64,000 nucleotides of DNA from Spirochaetia bacterium (GTDB lineage: Bacteria > Spirochaetota > Spirochaetia > DSM-16054 > Sediminispirochaetaceae), in assembly GCA_034520965.1 (NCBI GenBank), contig JAXHMY010000001.1, positions 768,001 through 832,000 on the forward strand, read 5' to 3'. Of this stretch, positions 59,847 through 64,000 are shown piece by piece; within the stretch, counting starts at the first letter, position 1; every line of letters starts with the position of its first letter. Made by a program: the position numbers and the translations under genes. The notes below the pieces were generated by a model that worked only from the letters and a program-made list of their open reading frames with translations, did no database searches and was not told the origin of the DNA.

Positions 59847-61160
59847 ATGAAAAGGTTTCTTATTGTGCTATTGATTCTGTGTGTCGCTACCGCCCTGTTT
59901 GCCGGAGGGCAGCAAGAGGCGGCGGAACCTCAGGAAGAACAACAGGAGGTTAGAACCCTGCGCGTAGCCGCCCCGCCCTGGATTTACTTGAAATTCGATT
60001 TGGAGAACTACGCTAAGGAGTTTGATGCGGCCCATCCGGAGGTAAAACTGGAGCTGATCCGGGCGGACAAATGGGGAGGCCCCACCTACATCACTGAATG
60101 GAAGCAGGGTACCACCCCCTTTGACGTGTTTGTCGGCGGAAGCGGCTCGATGCTGGCACCTCTGATTTCCGGAGGATGGACCGAACCGATGGACTCGATG
60201 TTCACCGGCGATATGGCCAAGGACGAGTTTGTGGGCGGATTCCTTTCCGCCGGACACTACAAAAAACCGGAGGGCGACGGCACCTACTATCCGTGTATTC
60301 CCTTTGTAGGCGAGGTCTCTATCATTGGCGTAAACACCTCGATTATGAAAGATGCAGGACTCTGGGAAGGTGGAAGCCCGAAACCGATTCCCGGCTGGGA
60401 GCCTCAGGCCTTCAGAAACTGGTTCGGGGCACTGAACGAGGCCTCGGAACTGGGCGCCCACGTACAGATTTGGGACCGAGAGTTTATGCAGTACAACTAC
60501 GCCGGCCCGATTAAAGCCATGACCGGCACCTTTATGGAGGAGGACGGCAGAGGTTTTGATGTAACCAGCGATGCTGCCAAGCGCTGGCTCACCTATCTAC
60601 AGGAGATGCACGATGAGGGCGTAGCCGCCTACACCACATCCGACGATCAGGGCTACCAGAAATGGAAAACCAATGCTACCGGTTCGTTTTACGCAGCCCA
60701 GGGCCACATTATGGAGCTGGTCAGTGTCACCGAAGATGAATCCGACATAGCATACATCGGATGGCCGGATGCCGACAAAAATGGAAGCATTATTTGGACC
60801 CACTCGGTGTGGATACCCAAGGTCGCGAAAAACAAGGACCTGGCCAAAGCCTTTATCCGCGAGGTGGTTTTTTCTAAAGAGATGCAGCAGTGGAGTTTTA
60901 ACAACTACGGAAAACTGCCGGTTATGAAGGATTACTACGGCGAGGGCATTACCTGGTTTCAGGACCAAATGCCGACCATTTTGTCGGTGGCCGATGCATC
61001 CAGCCCGATTCCTCTGTTTGCGGACCTACAGGAATACCTGGACATACTGTATAAATATCTGCCGGAAGCAGCCTTTGGACGCATGAGTGTCGATAAAGCC
61101 CTGCAGAACATCCAAGATGAATCTGAAGACCTGGACTTCTCGGACCTGCGCGCCCAGTAA
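59847..61160 (+). CDS. Carbohydrate ABC transporter substrate-binding protein
   Basis: Signal peptide ending ALFAGGQQE, CUT1-type size, followed by two permeases. Confidence 0.85.
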   Translation: MKRFLIVLLILCVATALFAGGQQEAAEPQEEQQEVRTLRVAAPPWIYLKFDLENYAKEFDAAHPEVKLELIRADKWGGPTYITEWKQGTTPFDVFVGGSGSMLAPLISGGWTEPMDSMFTGDMAKDEFVGGFLSAGHYKKPEGDGTYYPCIPFVGEVSIIGVNTSIMKDAGLWEGGSPKPIPGWEPQAFRNWFGALNEASELGAHVQIWDREFMQYNYAGPIKAMTGTFMEEDGRGFDVTSDAAKRWLTYLQEMHDEGVAAYTTSDDQGYQKWKTNATGSFYAAQGHIMELVSVTEDESDIAYIGWPDADKNGSIIWTHSVWIPKVAKNKDLAKAFIREVVFSKEMQQWSFNNYGKLPVMKDYYGEGITWFQDQMPTILSVADASSPIPLFADLQEYLDILYKYLPEAAFGRMSVDKALQNIQDESEDLDFSDLRAQ

Positions 61161-61178
61161 GGGCGAGCAGTAGCATAA

Positions 61179-61220
61179 AGGCCGGCGGGGGCGGTGAGTC
61201 GCCCTCGCCCGGCCTATTTT
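61179..61220 (+). terminator. GC-rich stem-loop after the SBP gene (partial terminator or mRNA stabiliser)
   Basis: AGGCCGG.GGGGGCG...CGCCCTCG.CCGGCCT followed by ATTTT. Confidence 0.6.
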
Positions 61221-61256
61221 ACTAGAGTCTTAAACTATGTTCTTGAGGTGGCATTC

Positions 61257-62162
61257 ATGAAACAGCTGACAAAAAACAGTCTGCAGGACCGACTGAATCT
61301 AGCTTTTTTTCTTTTTCCGACCATGTTGTTTGTAATTATATTTATCGCCTTTCCCGTTCTATTTTCCGGGTACTTGAGTTTGACCGAGTTCAACTACGCC
61401 TCGGACCCGGCACCGAAGTTCATTGGCCTGAATGGCTACATCGAAATGATAAAAAACGACGTTTTTTTTCACACCGCCCTTTTTAACCAGATGCGCTTTG
61501 CGGTAGCCTACTTTGTACTCGCTTTTGCAGTATCCCTTGTTTTGGCAATTTTCGTAAATGAACTTCGGCGGGGGGTTCAAGTTTTTCAGGTTATCTTCTA
61601 TATGCCGATGATCGTGCCGATGTCCCTGGTAGGTATTACCTTTGCCTGGATTCTATCTCCGGACCTGGGTATTTTTAACCATGTATTGAAGCTCCTTGGT
61701 TTGGGCCATGTCACCCACGACTGGTACGGTGAGCCGAGCACAGCCCTCAACAGTCTGGTACTGGCCCGAACTTGGAAGATGATCGGCTTTACCCTAATAA
61801 TTTTTTTAGCCGGGCTACAGGGAATTTCAAAATCCCTGAAGGAATCCGCCCGGGTGGATGGGGCAAACTTTTTTCAGGAGATTGTGTTTATAGTACTACC
61901 GAACCTCAAGCCTTACATGTTGATCGGGGGCATCTGGATCCTCATCAATTCGCTGAAGGTCTTTGTCCTGCCCCAGGTTATTACCGGGGGCGGTCCCGGT
62001 TCAGCAACCATGACACTGTATCTCTACTCATGGAAACTCGCCTTTGAGCGGCTGCATATGGGAGAAGCTTCCCAGGTTGCCTATTTGACGGCTCTTATCA
62101 TCTTATTTTTTACCTGGATTCTTAACCTCATTTTCAAGCCTGAAACAGCCCAGAAGGGATAG
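61257..62162 (+). CDS. Carbohydrate ABC transporter permease
   Basis: AGLQGI...ESARVDGA EAA loop, GGGP, multiple TMs. Confidence 0.93.
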   Translation: MKQLTKNSLQDRLNLAFFLFPTMLFVIIFIAFPVLFSGYLSLTEFNYASDPAPKFIGLNGYIEMIKNDVFFHTALFNQMRFAVAYFVLAFAVSLVLAIFVNELRRGVQVFQVIFYMPMIVPMSLVGITFAWILSPDLGIFNHVLKLLGLGHVTHDWYGEPSTALNSLVLARTWKMIGFTLIIFLAGLQGISKSLKESARVDGANFFQEIVFIVLPNLKPYMLIGGIWILINSLKVFVLPQVITGGGPGSATMTLYLYSWKLAFERLHMGEASQVAYLTALIILFFTWILNLIFKPETAQKG

Positions 62163-62171
62163 GAGTAGATT

Positions 62172-63009
62172 ATGAAAATGGCCCATAGACGAGAAAAAAT
62201 ACTATTTATCTTTGTATTAGCATTTGCGATTCTATTTCTCTTCCCGATAGTATGGATGTTCATTACATCGATTCGAACTACCCAGGACCTGTACAAGTAT
62301 CCCCCCACCCTAATTCCCCATACCCTTACCTTGGAAAACTTTGTCTATATCTTTACCGAGATGGGCGGTTTTATTAGATACGTAATGAACAGTTCTAGTT
62401 GTCACTATTTCAACGGTTCTCATCGTGCTGGTTTCCAGCGCCATGGGCGGGTATGCCTTTGGCATGCGCAAGTTCAGGGGGCAGAATATTCTGTTTATGA
62501 TGATTGTGGGAGTACTCACTATTCCCTACATCATGTATCTGATTCCAATTTTTCTGATGGAATATGAAGTCGGTTTGCAGAACACCTGGTTGGGCCTGAT
62601 TTTTCCCTATGTCGCCCTTAACCTGCCCTGGGGTTTGCTGATAATGCGGGGGGCCTTTTCCACCATCCCCCTGGATATCCGGGACGCCGCCATTATCGAC
62701 GGCTGCACCGAAATTCAAATGTGGCGGAAAATACTGGTGCCGATCAATCGCCCTGCCCTGGCGGCCACCACCATTATTACCTTTGTGTTTGCCTGGCAGG
62801 AGTACATGTTTGCCAGCACCCTCATGACGAAGAACGAGTGGCAGACCCTGCCGGTGGGTATTGTGTGGCTGCGGGACGAGCTGCAGACCCTGGTAATGGG
62901 ACGGGTCGGTGCAATGGTAATTGTAACCATTCTGCCGGTGCTGATTCTCTTTTTTATCTTTCGCGACTTTTTCATTGAAGGCTTGAGCGAAGGGATGCTG
63001 AAAGGGTAA
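62172..63009 (+). CDS. Carbohydrate ABC transporter permease, frameshifted near 62395
   Basis: FPIVWMFITS...TLENF, then DAAIIDG EAA loop, WQEY, TLPVG, FIEGLSEGMLKG. Confidence 0.9.
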
Positions 63010-63020
63010 GCTTGATTGTT

Positions 63021-64000
63021 ATGAACAGAAAAACTTTGATACTGCTGCTGCCGGTCACCATTGTACTGGCAGCAACGGTGCTGTGGCTGACACTTTTATC
63101 ACCGAACCGCTCTTCCGAAGAAAACATTGTGTTAAAAGCGGCGGACGACCACGAACTGACCTACCCCACCACCCAAGGGCTGATTAAGATGGGAGACCTC
63201 TTGAAAGAGTGGACCCGCGGGCGGATTACCGTACAGGTATATCCCTTGGCCCAGCTCGGCTCGGAGAAGGAAACCATCGAACAAACAAAGCTGGGTGCAA
63301 TCGACATTAACCGGGTCAATATCAACCCGCTCACCCAAACCGAACCGAGTCTGAAGGTATTCTCCCTGCCCTACCTCTTCCGGGATGCGGAGCATATGCA
63401 CAAGGTGGTGGACGGCCCTATCGGCCGTGAGATGCTGGAAAAACTCGAATCTTCCGGACTAATCGGGCTGGGCTACTACGACTCCGGCCAGCGCAGCTTT
63501 TACAATTCGGTCAAGCCGATCCGCTCGATTGAGGACCTGCAGGGGCTAAAGATCCGCGTACAGAAGGCCGAGATAATGCAGGACCTGGTACGGGCGGTGG
63601 GGGCCGAACCAATCCGCCTGGCTTTTGAAGAGGTGTATACCGGCCTGCAGACCGGTGTTATTCACGGGGCGGAAAACAACTACCCCTCATGGATTACCAA
63701 GGGCCACTACGAGGTGGCAAAATACTACAGCATGGACTCCCATGTCAGGACTCCGGAGATTATACTCTTCAGCAAAAAAACCTGGGACCGGCTATCCGAG
63801 GAGGACCAGCAGCTTATCCGCCGTGCAGCCCAGGAGTCGGTTCCTTACCAGAGAAAACTGTGGCGTGAAAAGGTAGAGGCAGCTATTCACAAAGCCCGCG
63901 AGGCGGGCTGTGAAGTAATAACCGATATTGACATTTCCAGCTTTCGCGATGCCATGGAACCGGTGTATTCTATCCACGGAAAGAACCTTAACGAATACAT
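63021..64000 (+). CDS. dctP: TRAP transporter substrate-binding protein (DctP family), runs off the right edge
   Basis: Manual translation: QLGSEKETIEQ, SLPYLFRD, YYDSGQRSFY, GLKIRVQ, EVYTGLQTGVIHGAENN. Confidence 0.92.
   Translation, partial: MNRKTLILLLPVTIVLAATVLWLTLLSPNRSSEENIVLKAADDHELTYPTTQGLIKMGDLLKEWTRGRITVQVYPLAQLGSEKETIEQTKLGAIDINRVNINPLTQTEPSLKVFSLPYLFRDAEHMHKVVDGPIGREMLEKLESSGLIGLGYYDSGQRSFYNSVKPIRSIEDLQGLKIRVQKAEIMQDLVRAVGAEPIRLAFEEVYTGLQTGVIHGAENNYPSWITKGHYEVAKYYSMDSHVRTPEIILFSKKTWDRLSEEDQQLIRRAAQESVPYQRKLWREKVEAAIHKAREAGCEVITDIDISSFRDAMEPVYSIHGKNLNEY

Overview
This 64-kb window is bacterial chromosome, most likely from a free-living anaerobic spirochaete. That is an inference from the spirochaete-style 'ALFAGGQQE' signal peptide, a DUF6675-like protein, a eukaryote-type hexokinase and a short ParC. 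Content is mostly housekeeping, metabolic and signalling genes: HD-GYP-like protein, envelope sugar genes, NSS transporter, msrA, arcA-OTC-rtcB, class II RNR, Ktr K+ uptake, hexokinase, fhs, asd, gdhA with a divergent REC/PPDK-like protein, and parE-parC. There is also a small accessory islet (AlbA/HATPase protein, AbrB-PIN toxin-antitoxin pair) and an ~18-kb hexuronate catabolism and transport region. About 14 single-base frameshifts suggest an unpolished assembly rather than true pseudogenes. The most interesting signals are: (1) a hexuronate cluster with no dehydratase or aldolase in the window but a HAD-LarA homolog-gnd operon, implying a mannonate/gluconate epimerase route; (2) a 1.3-kb IS with 24-bp inverted repeats, TA flanks and an atypical Zn-ribbon DDE-like transposase; (3) a dispersed REP/MITE-like palindrome family, including one copy with the hairpin precisely excised; (4) an orphan ~75-nt multi-branched RNA candidate behind its own promoter; (5) a KtrB fused to a voltage-sensor-like domain. 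No CRISPR array, rRNA or canonical tRNA was seen.
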